Shown here: piece after piece, positions 1 to 10,809 of the stretch
How the letters are laid out: the number at the start of each line of letters is the position of its first letter
Position numbering within the stretch: position 1 is the stretch's first letter
Assembly (NCBI GenBank): GCA_048941015.1
Contig: JBHLNZ010000001.1
Coordinates: 32,001-96,000 of the forward strand
Source: Promethearchaeota archaeon
Lineage (GTDB): Archaea > Asgardarchaeota > Lokiarchaeia > Sigyniarchaeales > SOKP01
DNA length: 64,000 nt
Direction of reading: 5' to 3'
Notes under the pieces: model-generated
Databases searched by the model: none
What the model was told of the DNA's origin: nothing
Seen by the model: the letters and a program-made list of their open reading frames with translations, nothing else
Made by a program: the position numbers and the translations under genes

Positions 1-189
1 AATCCGTTCTGATTTTAATCCCTCTTTGATAATGATTGGTGCTGTTTCTTTCTCATCATGCTTAATTGTTTTTACGATTTTATATTCATCTGTTTTTGGA
101 TCTAACTCAAATTCCTTGTCACATGCTTTACAGTATAGTTTTTTATTCTTGGGTATTAGAATATTGTCACATTCTGGGCAAAATTTCAT
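1..189 (-). CDS. RNA polymerase subunit M / TFS-like N-terminal zinc-ribbon protein (runs off window edge)
   Basis: Manual minus-strand translation MKFCPECDNILIPKNKKLYCKACDKEF... with two CxxC motifs; GGTGA upstream; not in ORF track. Confidence 0.8.
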   Translation of the reverse strand, partial: MKFCPECDNILIPKNKKLYCKACDKEFELDPKTDEYKIVKTIKHDEKETAPIIIKEGLKSERI

Positions 190-500
190 ATTCGACAATC
201 ACCGACCACTTACTCCTTTAATAACTTTACGTTTTTGTTCAATTCTTTTTCTCAGAAATAATAAAATAAACATCGCTTTATAAATTTAATGGAAACCAAT
301 TGTAATGTGACTCAATCAGATATTTAAATTTTATTAATCGAATTTGTACAAAATAATTTTGTATTAATAAATTTAGATTTTCTTCATAATCCAAAATAGA
401 TTCTGACGAGTCTATTTTTTGATAAAATAAGAATTTATACAAAAAAAAATATTTATTCTATGGGTTTTTTTTGAAGTAATTTTATTAAATAATCGAAAAA

Positions 501-1223
501 ATGTATAATAAAAAATTTCTAGTTTTTGGTCATCGTGGAGCAAATAGTATTGCTCCTGAAAATACACTAAAAGCATTCAAAAAAGCAATTGAATTAAAAG
601 CTGACTTCATTGAATTTGATGTTCAAATGTCTCGAGACGGAAAACTTGTTATAACTCATGATTTAGATATCGAGAGATTAACCGGAGAAAAGAGAAATGT
701 TATAGACATGACTCTAGAAGAGTTGAAAAGTAAAGATTTTGGGGATGGTGAGAAAATTCCAACCTTAGAAGAGTTGATTAATGAAACTAAAGGAAAGATT
801 GGTCTTAACTGTGAAATAATTGTTAAAGGAATTGTTAAAAAGGTTGTGGAAATGTTAAGGAAATATGACATAATTAAGACCACTATTGTGAGTTCCTTTA
901 AACATGAAGAATTATTAAAATTTCAGGAATTAGAGCCTGGTTTGAAACTTGCTTCTTTAGAGCCAACAGAGTATTTATCTGAATATGAATGGGATTTAAA
1001 AGAACAAATGATAAAATTTTGTGTGTCCAACAATCTATACGCAATCAATCCGTTTTATCCCATAGTTGATCAACAATTTGTAGATTATGCTCATAAGTAT
1101 AATATTAAAGTATTTCCATGGACAGTAGATTCAAAACCTTCAATAAGAAAGTTGATTAAATATGGTGTTGATGGAATAATTACTAATGATATCACAAGGG
1201 TTAAAGGGATTCTTAAAGGTTAA
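501..1223 (+). CDS. Glycerophosphodiester phosphodiesterase (GDPD family)
   Basis: GHRGA..PENT, EFDV, WTVD, GVDGIITN motifs. Confidence 0.92.
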   Translation: MYNKKFLVFGHRGANSIAPENTLKAFKKAIELKADFIEFDVQMSRDGKLVITHDLDIERLTGEKRNVIDMTLEELKSKDFGDGEKIPTLEELINETKGKIGLNCEIIVKGIVKKVVEMLRKYDIIKTTIVSSFKHEELLKFQELEPGLKLASLEPTEYLSEYEWDLKEQMIKFCVSNNLYAINPFYPIVDQQFVDYAHKYNIKVFPWTVDSKPSIRKLIKYGVDGIITNDITRVKGILKG

Positions 1224-1288
1224 AGTTAAAATCTATTAAATTTTATTCAATTTAAAAGGATATTATTTTTCTAAAAATGTGAATTTTC

Positions 1289-2014
1289 ATGAAAAGCAAA
1301 AATGAAGTGTTAATTATAGGCCATAAAGGAGCAAGCAAAACAGAACCAGATAATACATTAAGAGCCTTTCAAAAAGCAATAGAATTAAAAGCAGATTATA
1401 TTGAATTTGATATTCATCAATCTAAAGATGGTGAAATAGTAGTTATGCATGATGATAATACTCTTCAGACAACTGGATATGATGGATATATCAAAGAAAT
1501 GACCCTTGAAGAATTGAAAAAGCTAGACTGTGGTATGGGTGAAAGAATTCCTACACTAAAAGAAGTAATTAAATTATGTAAGGGAAAAATTGGATTACAA
1601 ATTGAGGTTAAAGTAATAAATATTGGAGAAAAAGTTGTTGATTTATTAAAGGAAGCAGATCTTATCGAGTCTTCTATTATTAGTTCATTTATACATAATG
1701 AAGTTATTAAGATTAAAAATTATGAACCTAAAGCAAAAGTCGCAGCCCTTATTCCTTCTCAAATTGAAGATTCTAGTAACTTAAAAAAGGTAGCCAGAAG
1801 ATTGATAAGGAAAGAAAAGTTTTTTGCAATACATCCTTATTTTATAGGAGTAAATAAAGAATTAGTGGATTATTGCTATAAAAATAATTTAAAAGTTAAT
1901 GTTTGGACTGTAAATGAACAAAAAGATATGGAAAATCTTATCAAATCAGGTGTGGATGGAATCATAACTGATGATATTCCCTTACTTAAAAAATTGTTAA
2001 ATAGGAATGATTAG
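1289..2014 (+). CDS. Glycerophosphodiester phosphodiesterase (GDPD family), tandem paralog
   Basis: GHKGA..PDNT, EFDI, WTVN, GVDGIITD motifs. Confidence 0.92.
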   Translation: MKSKNEVLIIGHKGASKTEPDNTLRAFQKAIELKADYIEFDIHQSKDGEIVVMHDDNTLQTTGYDGYIKEMTLEELKKLDCGMGERIPTLKEVIKLCKGKIGLQIEVKVINIGEKVVDLLKEADLIESSIISSFIHNEVIKIKNYEPKAKVAALIPSQIEDSSNLKKVARRLIRKEKFFAIHPYFIGVNKELVDYCYKNNLKVNVWTVNEQKDMENLIKSGVDGIITDDIPLLKKLLNRND

Positions 2015-2136
2015 GTGAAATTAAAATAATCTAAAACTGAAAATACTTCAATAAATACCTATCGATAAAATATTTTAGTTATTCTTAATTATCTTTTGTA
2101 TATTTTAGATTTAAAACAAATAATCGTGATCTTTTT

Positions 2137-3609
2137 CTGAGAGAAGAACAAAAAATTGACTTTGATTCACTTTTTAATCCCAATGCAATAGGTATCATAG
2201 GGGCAAGCCATGATCCCGCAGGTGGAGGCTTTTTTGCCCGAGCCATGAAAGATAGATTTCGTGGTCAAATCTATCTTTTTAATCCCTCGCTAGCTGGAAA
2301 AAAACTATTTGGTTTAGATGTTTATAATTCTATTTTAGACGTATCTAAGCCTATAGATTATGTAATCCTGGCAGTACGAGCAAGCTTAGTACCAAAAATA
2401 TTAGAAGAAATTGGGCAAAAACAAGTTCCTTTTTGTACAATATTTTCATCTGGATTCAGGGAAGTGGGGAAAGAAGATTTAGAAAAAAAAGTTTTAAACG
2501 TAGCTCGAGAATATAAAATTAGAATAATAGGACCCAATTGTTTAGGAGTTTATAATCCTAAAGCTGGTCTTTATTTTGCATTAGAACAATCCCGGAAAGC
2601 AGGAAATTTTGGTGGTATTTTTCAATCCGGAGGAATAGCTCAAAATATATCCCATCTAGCAGTCTCGTATGGACTTTATGTTTCTAAATTCGTTTCTATA
2701 GGTAATTCTTTAGATTTATCACCAGCAGAATTCTTAAATTATTTTCTAACCGATGATTATACTAAAATCATAGGAATTTATATTGAAAATTTGCGATCTG
2801 AAGCCCAGGGAAGGAAATTTATGAATATGGTCAAACTTTGTAACCTTAATAGAAAACCGGTAATATTATGGAGAGCAGGTTATGGTGAAGCAACTAAAAA
2901 GGCAATCCTCTCTCACACTGGAGGTCTTGCAGGTAATAATAAAATCTGGGATGCAGTTAGTAAACAAACAGGAAGTCCTGAAGTTAACAATTCTAATGAA
3001 TTAGCTGCATTAGCATCAGCATTTAATTTAACTCACCTTCCAGATACAAGAAATATAGGTGTTATAGGTATTGGAGGCGGCTCTACAATCGAAGCTATTG
3101 ATATCTTCGAGAAATATAACCTTAAAATTCCCTCTTTATCCGACAAAATAATTAATAAAATGAAGAGATTCATTCCCGATGTTAATACAAATGTAAAGAA
3201 CCCTATAGATCTAGGAGGAATGGGAATTCAGCCAAATATTTATTATCGCACTATTTTAGCATTAGATAAAGATCCCAACATTTCTTCAATAGTATTCATA
3301 AAGGATCCAGAACGTTTTGGAGGTTTTGAAAGTATTCTAGAAGAATTGGGATATGGTGGTTTAGATTTAAATAGAGAATTCATTAGATATATTTCAAAAG
3401 CAAAAAATGTCTGTACTAAACCAATGTATTGTGTAATGCTTAAAATAAACGAGGGTTTTGAAGAATATAAGAGCAGATATAAATTTAAATTGAAACTATT
3501 AAATAGAAACGTTCCTGTATTCGAATCTTTAGAGCTTGCAGCTTCAATTTTAGATAAAGTGAATTCTTATAGAGAATTTCTTCAAAAATATGGAAAATAT
3601 CCAAAATAA
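2137..3609 (+). CDS. Acyl-CoA synthetase (NDP-forming) alpha-type, CoA-binding domain; probable CTG start upstream of the called ATG at 2245
   Basis: IIGPNCLG, QSGG, SHTGGLAG, NPIDL motifs; in-frame upstream extension encodes the family N-terminal motif LFNPNAIGIIGAS. Confidence 0.88.
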   Translation: MREEQKIDFDSLFNPNAIGIIGASHDPAGGGFFARAMKDRFRGQIYLFNPSLAGKKLFGLDVYNSILDVSKPIDYVILAVRASLVPKILEEIGQKQVPFCTIFSSGFREVGKEDLEKKVLNVAREYKIRIIGPNCLGVYNPKAGLYFALEQSRKAGNFGGIFQSGGIAQNISHLAVSYGLYVSKFVSIGNSLDLSPAEFLNYFLTDDYTKIIGIYIENLRSEAQGRKFMNMVKLCNLNRKPVILWRAGYGEATKKAILSHTGGLAGNNKIWDAVSKQTGSPEVNNSNELAALASAFNLTHLPDTRNIGVIGIGGGSTIEAIDIFEKYNLKIPSLSDKIINKMKRFIPDVNTNVKNPIDLGGMGIQPNIYYRTILALDKDPNISSIVFIKDPERFGGFESILEELGYGGLDLNREFIRYISKAKNVCTKPMYCVMLKINEGFEEYKSRYKFKLKLLNRNVPVFESLELAASILDKVNSYREFLQKYGKYPK

Positions 3610-3646
3610 TGAATTAATCTACAATTAAATTTTACTATAATTAATT

Positions 3647-4606
3647 ATGGTGGAACTTAGCACTACTATTTTAGGAATTAGTTTGGCTTTAACCGCTACC
3701 GTTTGTTTTAATTTAGCCTTTATATTACAAAAAAAAGGATTAACTCAAGGGTTACCTGAAATAAATTTTGATGAAGGTATTATAAATGTGTTTAAATCAT
3801 TTATTGCATTTTTTCAAAATAAAACTTGGATAACAGGATTCATATTAGGGATTTTGGGGTGGTTTCCCTATATAATAAGTACGGGTTTGGTTGGGATACT
3901 TGTTGTTCAACCTCTTATGAGTCTAGGTTTAGTTATTTTTGTAATCGCTGCTCATCGGGTATTAAAAGAAAAAGTAACAATCTTAGAAATAATTGCAATA
4001 TGTTTACTCGGAATAGTACCTATATTGATTACAAGTGCTGGAATCTCTGATGTAAATATTGATCTTTATTCTTTCGTCGGACCCTTACTAATATTTTTAG
4101 GAATTACTTTATCTATTGGTTTTTTATGTTTTATAATATCCAAAAGGAAAAGAAAAACACCTTTGGAGGGACTATTCATTTTATTTACTGGTGGAATTTT
4201 CTATGCCTTTGGACTAATTTTTACTAACATTCTTGCACAAGCTATTACTGATGCTCATGTATTTCCTCTCTATTTTTGGGAAATTCTATTTGGAATTTTT
4301 TGGTTTGATTATTACCATTTATGGTTATTCTTAGGATTCTGGGGTATGGTTATTTCTAATATCATAAGTATAACCTTTTATCAGAGCGCTTTTCAGAAAG
4401 GAAAAGCACTAACTATGTATCCAATACTTAATTCATTTATTTTAATAATTCCTCTCTTAGCAGGCTTATTTGTTTTTAATCAAAACTTCATGAATTTTCC
4501 ATTATTTTTTATAGCAGTTTTCATTGTCTTGATAGCAAATATAACTTTAAGTAAATTCCAAGCTCAAATTGAAATTATCGAAGTTTCGAAGAAATCAGAG
4601 AATTAA
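3647..4606 (+). CDS. DMT/EamA-superfamily membrane transporter
   Basis: About 9 hydrophobic helices; LQKKG, VQPL..LGLV, LKEK pattern. Confidence 0.65.
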   Translation: MVELSTTILGISLALTATVCFNLAFILQKKGLTQGLPEINFDEGIINVFKSFIAFFQNKTWITGFILGILGWFPYIISTGLVGILVVQPLMSLGLVIFVIAAHRVLKEKVTILEIIAICLLGIVPILITSAGISDVNIDLYSFVGPLLIFLGITLSIGFLCFIISKRKRKTPLEGLFILFTGGIFYAFGLIFTNILAQAITDAHVFPLYFWEILFGIFWFDYYHLWLFLGFWGMVISNIISITFYQSAFQKGKALTMYPILNSFILIIPLLAGLFVFNQNFMNFPLFFIAVFIVLIANITLSKFQAQIEIIEVSKKSEN

Positions 4607-4667
4607 GAAAAATCTTAATATTTTTTGTTATACAAAACTAAAATAAATAAAATTATCTAAAACCTTT

Positions 4668-5480
4668 TTACTGTTTAGAATTTTTTAAATGATTTACTTC
4701 AATTGGACGTCCAGGACTGCCTTGATAATAATATTTATCAAGTTTTCCCCTCCAATTTTTATGTAAAACTGAATTGGGAAATATTACATTATTATCTGTC
4801 GTCATAGCATTGGGGCCTGCTATAATACCTGGATAAAAAGTGGTATTATTTCCTAATTTAAGTTCCATCATAGTTATTTTACCAAATATAGTATTAACAG
4901 CATGACTAGATAAAGCAGAAGTAGGATATATAAAAACATTACTACCTAGATTAGTTAATTCTAATCCAGCATAACCATCACAATATATAACATTCTTAGC
5001 GATTTTGTTATGGCTAATTCTTTTTAGTGCACGATTTAATAACCATGGAAAAGGAGATTTCGATGTCATCCACACTGGCATTTTTATTATAAAACCTCTT
5101 TTATGGTAGTATTTCATCATCTTCCCTTCTTCACTGTTTAAATCATCTAAAACTCTTTTAAAGACACCTTGTTTTGGCGGAGATTTTTTATTCCATCTAC
5201 GTGCCCAAAAGGCAGTAAACTCAATTAATAATATCAAATACAAGTAGGACAAGAATAAGAGAAATGCGGGTAGAATTAAAATATTAAATATAAAAGGAAT
5301 CTTAAATAGGATGATAAAATCGTATTCAAATAAGAGAAATATACCTAAACAAGGATAAAGTGGTAGAATAAAGCTTATTAAATTTATTTTAAAAAAATCT
5401 AATGCTGGTAATTCAACAACTTGCTTCTTTTTTTCTTCGAATTCTGTTTTAATTCTTTCTCTTACATCTTCCTCTACCAT
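4668..5480 (-). CDS. Membrane-anchored protein with C-terminal left-handed beta-helix (acyltransferase-like) region
   Basis: Two N-terminal TM segments, hexapeptide-like repeats, terminal QGSPGRPI. Confidence 0.55.
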   Translation of the reverse strand: MVEEDVRERIKTEFEEKKKQVVELPALDFFKINLISFILPLYPCLGIFLLFEYDFIILFKIPFIFNILILPAFLLFLSYLYLILLIEFTAFWARRWNKKSPPKQGVFKRVLDDLNSEEGKMMKYYHKRGFIIKMPVWMTSKSPFPWLLNRALKRISHNKIAKNVIYCDGYAGLELTNLGSNVFIYPTSALSSHAVNTIFGKITMMELKLGNNTTFYPGIIAGPNAMTTDNNVIFPNSVLHKNWRGKLDKYYYQGSPGRPIEVNHLKNSKQ

Positions 5481-5567
5481 AGTATTAATATTATTGTTCT
5501 GTTATTAAAAATTATTTGTTATTAATGGAATCAAATAATTAAGTTAAAAAAAATCCTACAAGTCTTT

Positions 5568-6830
5568 CTAAGCTGCTTTAAAGGTCTTTGGATTATCCTC
5601 TTCTATTATATAGTCCAATTTGTGAATATCTGAAAATATCCAGATCAAAATAGCAATAATTATAGCAATTAATATGTTTATAAGGTATACTGCTTTAAGG
5701 TTGATCAGTTCTGCTAAAAATCCTCCTGTTAATGAGCCTAAAGGTATAATCGCAAATGTTATTGAATGATCTAAAGAGACGATTCTCCCAACTTTATCCT
5801 TAGGAACAGCAATTTGTAAAATAGTCATATAATTAATCAATATAAAATTAAATGAAAGTCCTGAAATAAATAGTCCAATTCCCACAATTATAAAAAATCT
5901 ATACGGAGAAAAAACCAGAAAAGAGTATCCACCAAATATAGAAATACTTCCAATCATTATAATCAATGTTTTCCGTTTCCATTCTTTCTTAAATGAATTA
6001 ATAAAACTTCCAACAATATTTCCTACTGACATAAAAGAACTAATAAATGCTAATTCAATGGCAGTTCCATTATGAATCTTTTTAACAAATAGTGGTAACA
6101 AATCTGAGAATGGGCGGTTTAAAAAGTTTAATAACATCGCTAAAAAAATTAAACTCAATAAACCTGGAGCAGATTTTACAGCTTTTAATCCTATTTTAAA
6201 TTCTTTAAAAAATGAAGTTTTTTCTTTATGATCTTTTGGTAATCCTACTCTAGGAATTGTAATAATCAAGATAGGAACTAATGCAATTATAAAAGTTATA
6301 ATATCTATCATAAAAATTTGATTGATTGGAAAAAATTCGTAAAGTGCTCCTGCTAAAATTGGACCAATGGTATAAATCAAACTTGAAAAAAATAAGTTTA
6401 TTGAATTAACCCTATTTAATCTCTGTTTTGGAACCATAGAAGGGATAATTGCATTAAAGGTGGGAACGTGAAAAGATTGAAGAACGCTGCGGCTGGTATT
6501 GACAATTAAAACAAGCCAAATGTCAGCAAGATTAAACGTAAATAATATAAATAATCCAAAAGTAACAACCGCTTGAAATGAATCAACTAATATAATGATA
6601 AACTTCCGACTTATTTTATCTGATAAAACTCCCGCAATCGGAGCAATAATTATTTGGGGTAGGAAATATAATACTGATGAAATTGCAAGATAAAAAGCAC
6701 TATCGGTCTCAACAGCAATCCACCAACTAATTATAAAATATACTATTGAAGAACCTAATAATGAAAATTCTTGTCCCAAAAGAAAATAATAGAAATTTCT
6801 ATAGGTTTTTCGATCTTCCACTTTTATCAC
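5568..6830 (-). CDS. MFS transporter (DHA3/MefA-like)
   Basis: GQEFSLLGS, AGVLSDKISRK, ~12 TM. Confidence 0.88.
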   Translation of the reverse strand: MIKVEDRKTYRNFYYFLLGQEFSLLGSSIVYFIISWWIAVETDSAFYLAISSVLYFLPQIIIAPIAGVLSDKISRKFIIILVDSFQAVVTFGLFILFTFNLADIWLVLIVNTSRSVLQSFHVPTFNAIIPSMVPKQRLNRVNSINLFFSSLIYTIGPILAGALYEFFPINQIFMIDIITFIIALVPILIITIPRVGLPKDHKEKTSFFKEFKIGLKAVKSAPGLLSLIFLAMLLNFLNRPFSDLLPLFVKKIHNGTAIELAFISSFMSVGNIVGSFINSFKKEWKRKTLIIMIGSISIFGGYSFLVFSPYRFFIIVGIGLFISGLSFNFILINYMTILQIAVPKDKVGRIVSLDHSITFAIIPLGSLTGGFLAELINLKAVYLINILIAIIIAILIWIFSDIHKLDYIIEEDNPKTFKAA

Positions 6831-6874
6831 AGTTTCAAATTTTCAAAATTTTATTAAATTACCGAATAAAAAAG

Positions 6875-8164
6875 TTATAATTCTTGATTTTCGAGTTTTA
6901 TTACTTCTTGCTTTGTAATCGGCTCGAAAGTTAGGTTTTCGATGCAATCTAAATATCTAATTTTTGTAAAGTACCAGATTATTATAGGATTAATAATTCC
7001 TGCTAATGAACATATAAAGAATAATGGAATAACTCCAATTAGTTCTGCAGCAGGACCTGTAATTAAAGCGCCAATTGGTGCAATTGCCATTGAAATTGTA
7101 TGGTCAATGGACATTACCCTTCCAATTTTATCAGATGGAACAATAGTATGAAAGATCGTTAAATATGTAGCTACTGTAATTGGGAATATTATGGCTCCCA
7201 AAAACCCGCCAATATACATAAGATAAAAGTTTCGATATGGAGCAAAAATTATTAGAAAATAAGCAGTAAATAGAAACATTTCTCCGGCAAGATTTATCTT
7301 TATCTTATTTTTCCAATTTTTTTTAAACGAGGTTATTAATGAACCAAGGACATTACCAATTTGCATTGAGCCAAAAAGAAAAGCTAGGTTAAAAGCTGTA
7401 CCATCATGGATAATCTTTATATAATAAGGCCATAAGACGTTAAAAGGGCGAAATATAAAATTAAAGATCATCGCAAATATTATTAAACTTAACATGCCTG
7501 GAATAGCTTTAACAATTAAGAAACCCTCTTTTAATTCACGAGAAAATGATCTTTTCTTAATAAACTCTATTTCCTTTTTTTGGTATGGAATTTTAATTAA
7601 AATTAATGGTATAAGAGCTATTGCAAAAGTTATTACATCAATTAAACAAATGTAAGAGATTGGAAACAACTCCAAAAGAATAGCTGATAAAACAGGGCCA
7701 ATCATGAAAATTATTCCATTAAAAAGAAAATTAGTACCATTTATTCTACTTAGTTTATCTTTGGGGACCATTGAAGGAATAATTGCTTGAAATGTAGGGA
7801 CGTGAACCGCAAAAAGAATATTTCGAAAAGTGTGTATCGTTAAAATTAACCAAATATTAATTATGCCAACAAAAAACAATAAAAATAACAAAAAAGTTAA
7901 AAAAGCTTGAAGAGAATCAACTACAGCGATAATTAACTTTCGGTTTAATCTATCAGATAATACTCCGGCAAAAGGGGCAACAATTACTTGAGGTAAAAAT
8001 ATCAAAAAAGAAGCAATTGAAAGATACAAAACGCTTCCTGTCTCAATTGTAATCCACCATGTGATTACAAATCCAATGATACCCGAGCCTAACAATGAAA
8101 ATTGTTGGCCAAACATAAAATAAAGGTAATGAGTAAAGCTTTTGTTTGTTGGTAACTCTTCCAT
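6875..8164 (-). CDS. MFS transporter (DHA3/MefA-like), tandem paralog
   Basis: GQQFSLLGS, AGVLSDRLNRK, ~12 TM. Confidence 0.88.
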   Translation of the reverse strand: MEELPTNKSFTHYLYFMFGQQFSLLGSGIIGFVITWWITIETGSVLYLSIASFLIFLPQVIVAPFAGVLSDRLNRKLIIAVVDSLQAFLTFLLFLLFFVGIINIWLILTIHTFRNILFAVHVPTFQAIIPSMVPKDKLSRINGTNFLFNGIIFMIGPVLSAILLELFPISYICLIDVITFAIALIPLILIKIPYQKKEIEFIKKRSFSRELKEGFLIVKAIPGMLSLIIFAMIFNFIFRPFNVLWPYYIKIIHDGTAFNLAFLFGSMQIGNVLGSLITSFKKNWKNKIKINLAGEMFLFTAYFLIIFAPYRNFYLMYIGGFLGAIIFPITVATYLTIFHTIVPSDKIGRVMSIDHTISMAIAPIGALITGPAAELIGVIPLFFICSLAGIINPIIIWYFTKIRYLDCIENLTFEPITKQEVIKLENQEL

Positions 8165-8361
8165 AATTAATTTTACTCGAATTAGTTATTTAGGATTAGT
8201 GTTAGTTCCATAAATAGATTTAGTTGAGAAACTTCATTAAAAGTATGAATTAAGTCTGAAGTAATTAGAAAAAAATAATTTGAAAATAAATGGATTTTTA
8301 AATCTGTAAGATGAATTAGTAATTACTATTTCACTTAATATACAGAAAACTGGAACAAAAA

Positions 8362-8934
8362 ATGTCGAGTAAATCAATTTTAGTGAGCATTCTAGGATCT
8401 GCAGTTATTATAGGATTATTAGGCTTCTTTTTGTTACCATTCCTTTTTCCCGCTGTAAATTCAAATTCCATAGTATTACAATCCAGCTATAGAGAATGGA
8501 ACAGTGAAGCTTATATATTCGATGATGATACCTTAGATTATGTGAAAATGAATGATACTGAACTATCTATCTCAATTAAACAAAATTCTCAGCTTTCAAT
8601 AACATTTTCAGCAATTGCTCTTTTATCACTTGATCCAGATTTCACTATTAAAAACTCTTATAATATTTCTATAGTAATTTTAGGCATCTACAATTACACC
8701 TTCACAGTAGGTTATTATGATGATACTCCCGCTTCAGGTCTATACATTAGACAGTTAACTTTCAACTTATTCAGCAACTTTTTGTCTCAACCATTACCTG
8801 CTGGTACCTATACAGTTGTAGTTTTTTGGAAATCAAACTTTGATGCCAATGGATTAAATTCTTTAAGTGTCTGTCATACCCCAACTTGGATTCGTACTCG
8901 CAGCTTATACATTCAAGAAATAAAACAGGTTTAA
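8362..8934 (+). CDS. Hypothetical membrane-anchored or secreted beta-rich protein
   Basis: N-terminal hydrophobic helix, LPAGTYTV motif. Confidence 0.6.
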   Translation: MSSKSILVSILGSAVIIGLLGFFLLPFLFPAVNSNSIVLQSSYREWNSEAYIFDDDTLDYVKMNDTELSISIKQNSQLSITFSAIALLSLDPDFTIKNSYNISIVILGIYNYTFTVGYYDDTPASGLYIRQLTFNLFSNFLSQPLPAGTYTVVVFWKSNFDANGLNSLSVCHTPTWIRTRSLYIQEIKQV

Positions 8935-9025
8935 ATTAATTTTAAATTTTTTTTTATTAAATTCTTTAGTTCTGAATTTAATGCGGTTTATTTAAATTTT
9001 ATCCCACTCTAAGGGTGGTATAAAT

Positions 9026-9706
9026 TTACCAAATAAGTGGAATTAATTTTTTCTTGGTTCTTTGAGCATATTCTTTATATCCCTCAAGTTCTTTATGAAG
9101 CATTCGATCTTCTAAAATTGTGCGTATCACTATTCCAGCAATACCAAGTGCAGCAGGAATTAATGAAAAAAGAGAACCAAGGGCTAAACAATAAAAGATT
9201 ATAAATAGAATAAATCCTAAATACATTGGATGCCGTACAATTCGATAAGGGCCAGAAGTAATTACTGTATGGCCTCGATCTTTTTGAATCTCCACTGCTT
9301 TTGATAAAAAGGTATTTTCTTTCATAACTAAGAATATTATTACCAATCCCAATGACATTCCTATAAATCCAATTATTTCCACTAAAAGAGGAACACTTGA
9401 CCAACCATATTTCTTTTCAAAACCAGGAATTATAAATGTTGGAAAAAAGCCAAATCCCATGAAAAGCATGACAATCTTATCCCACTTTTCTTTAAATTGT
9501 GGTTTAGCCCTCTTTTGAAGCATCTCGGGGTCATGTTTACTAAAATATAAAATATAGCTCGTAAAGAAGGTAAAAAATATTCCAAGATAAATCCATACTT
9601 CAAGCCAAAAAAAACTTCCAAAAGGGATAAATAACCCTAATCCAAGGAAAGCTGTAACTAATACAACAAGACTAATTAAAATCGGTTTAGATATTTTTTT
9701 AGGCAT
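9026..9706 (-). CDS. Isoprenylcysteine carboxyl methyltransferase / PEMT family membrane protein
   Basis: GPYRIVRHPMYLG motif, EDRML..EL.GY.EY. Confidence 0.88.
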   Translation of the reverse strand: MPKKISKPILISLVVLVTAFLGLGLFIPFGSFFWLEVWIYLGIFFTFFTSYILYFSKHDPEMLQKRAKPQFKEKWDKIVMLFMGFGFFPTFIIPGFEKKYGWSSVPLLVEIIGFIGMSLGLVIIFLVMKENTFLSKAVEIQKDRGHTVITSGPYRIVRHPMYLGFILFIIFYCLALGSLFSLIPAALGIAGIVIRTILEDRMLHKELEGYKEYAQRTKKKLIPLIW

Positions 9707-9750
9707 AAATACAAGAAATTTTTATCTTATTTAATTTTTCTAATCTTTTT

Positions 9751-10791
9751 TTAGATATTTCGTAATCTTGGATCTAGTGCATCCCTTAATCCATCGCCCA
9801 AAAGCATAAATCCAAGAACTGTAATTAATATCATCAATCCCGGCCAGAACACTGCCCAAGGTGCGTCAAATAAACGAGCCATAGAAATCCAAATTTCCTT
9901 TCCCCAATCTATTAACCCTGGATCAGTAAAACCAAGAAATGCTAAGCCTGCTAAGTTTAAAATAACTGATCCAATGTCAAAAGTCACCGAAATTATAATT
10001 GGATTAATAACATTAGGAATTATATGTTTAAACATTATTCTACGGTTGTTAGCACCGACAACTTTAGCTGCTTGTACATATGGCAATTCTTTTGCTTGTA
10101 GGACCGAAGCTCTGATTAATCTTGCATAAGATGGTACTCCTATTATACCAAAAGCGAACATAAAAGCTTCAATTCTTTGTCCTATTATTGCTACAAACAC
10201 TAACGCAAGAATCAAACCTGGAAAGGAAAGAAGTACATCCATTATTCTCATCAAGATCAAATCTAACCAACTACCAAAATATCCTGCCATAGTACCAAGT
10301 AAGATTCCTACTATTACACTAAAACCAACAGCAGGAAATGCTATTACTAATGAAGCCCTTGCCCCATAAATTATTCTTGACAAAACGTCTCTTCCTAAAC
10401 TAGTAGTACCTAATAGATGTTCTGGAGATGGTGGTTCATATGAACCTAAAAACATTCCCATAGTTTGGCTTTCAAAACTATAAGGAGCAATCCATTGGCC
10501 AAAAATCGCAAAGGTAATTACCACAAAGATAATAATTATTCCAACTAAAGTTAAAAATGATTTCAGTCGCCGAATAAATTTCCGCTTACTAATCGTTTTT
10601 TCATATTCAAACTCTCTTTTTGACAATTCTTCTAATCGAGAACCCGGCACAAATAAGAATTTTATGTTTTTAAAAATCCATCGCAAGATAATTATTAATG
10701 TATTCTGCTTTTCCTCTTCCTCTCTCGACTCCTCTGTTTCGATCTCCTTAAATTCAATAGTTTCTTCTAATTCCGTCATTTCTTTAACCAA
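9751..10791 (-). CDS. oppC: Dipeptide/oligopeptide ABC transporter permease (OppC/DppC), orphan
   Basis: HLLGTTSLGRDVLSRIIYGAR, YVQAAKVVGA (EAA loop), GDGLRDALDPR. Confidence 0.92.
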   Translation of the reverse strand: MVKEMTELEETIEFKEIETEESREEEEKQNTLIIILRWIFKNIKFLFVPGSRLEELSKREFEYEKTISKRKFIRRLKSFLTLVGIIIIFVVITFAIFGQWIAPYSFESQTMGMFLGSYEPPSPEHLLGTTSLGRDVLSRIIYGARASLVIAFPAVGFSVIVGILLGTMAGYFGSWLDLILMRIMDVLLSFPGLILALVFVAIIGQRIEAFMFAFGIIGVPSYARLIRASVLQAKELPYVQAAKVVGANNRRIMFKHIIPNVINPIIISVTFDIGSVILNLAGLAFLGFTDPGLIDWGKEIWISMARLFDAPWAVFWPGLMILITVLGFMLLGDGLRDALDPRLRNI

Positions 10792-10809
10792 TTATTATAT
10801 CTTTCTTTT

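Noticed and set aside
26-283. 85-aa plus-strand ORF
   Set aside because: Antisense to a recognisable zinc-ribbon gene on the minus strand
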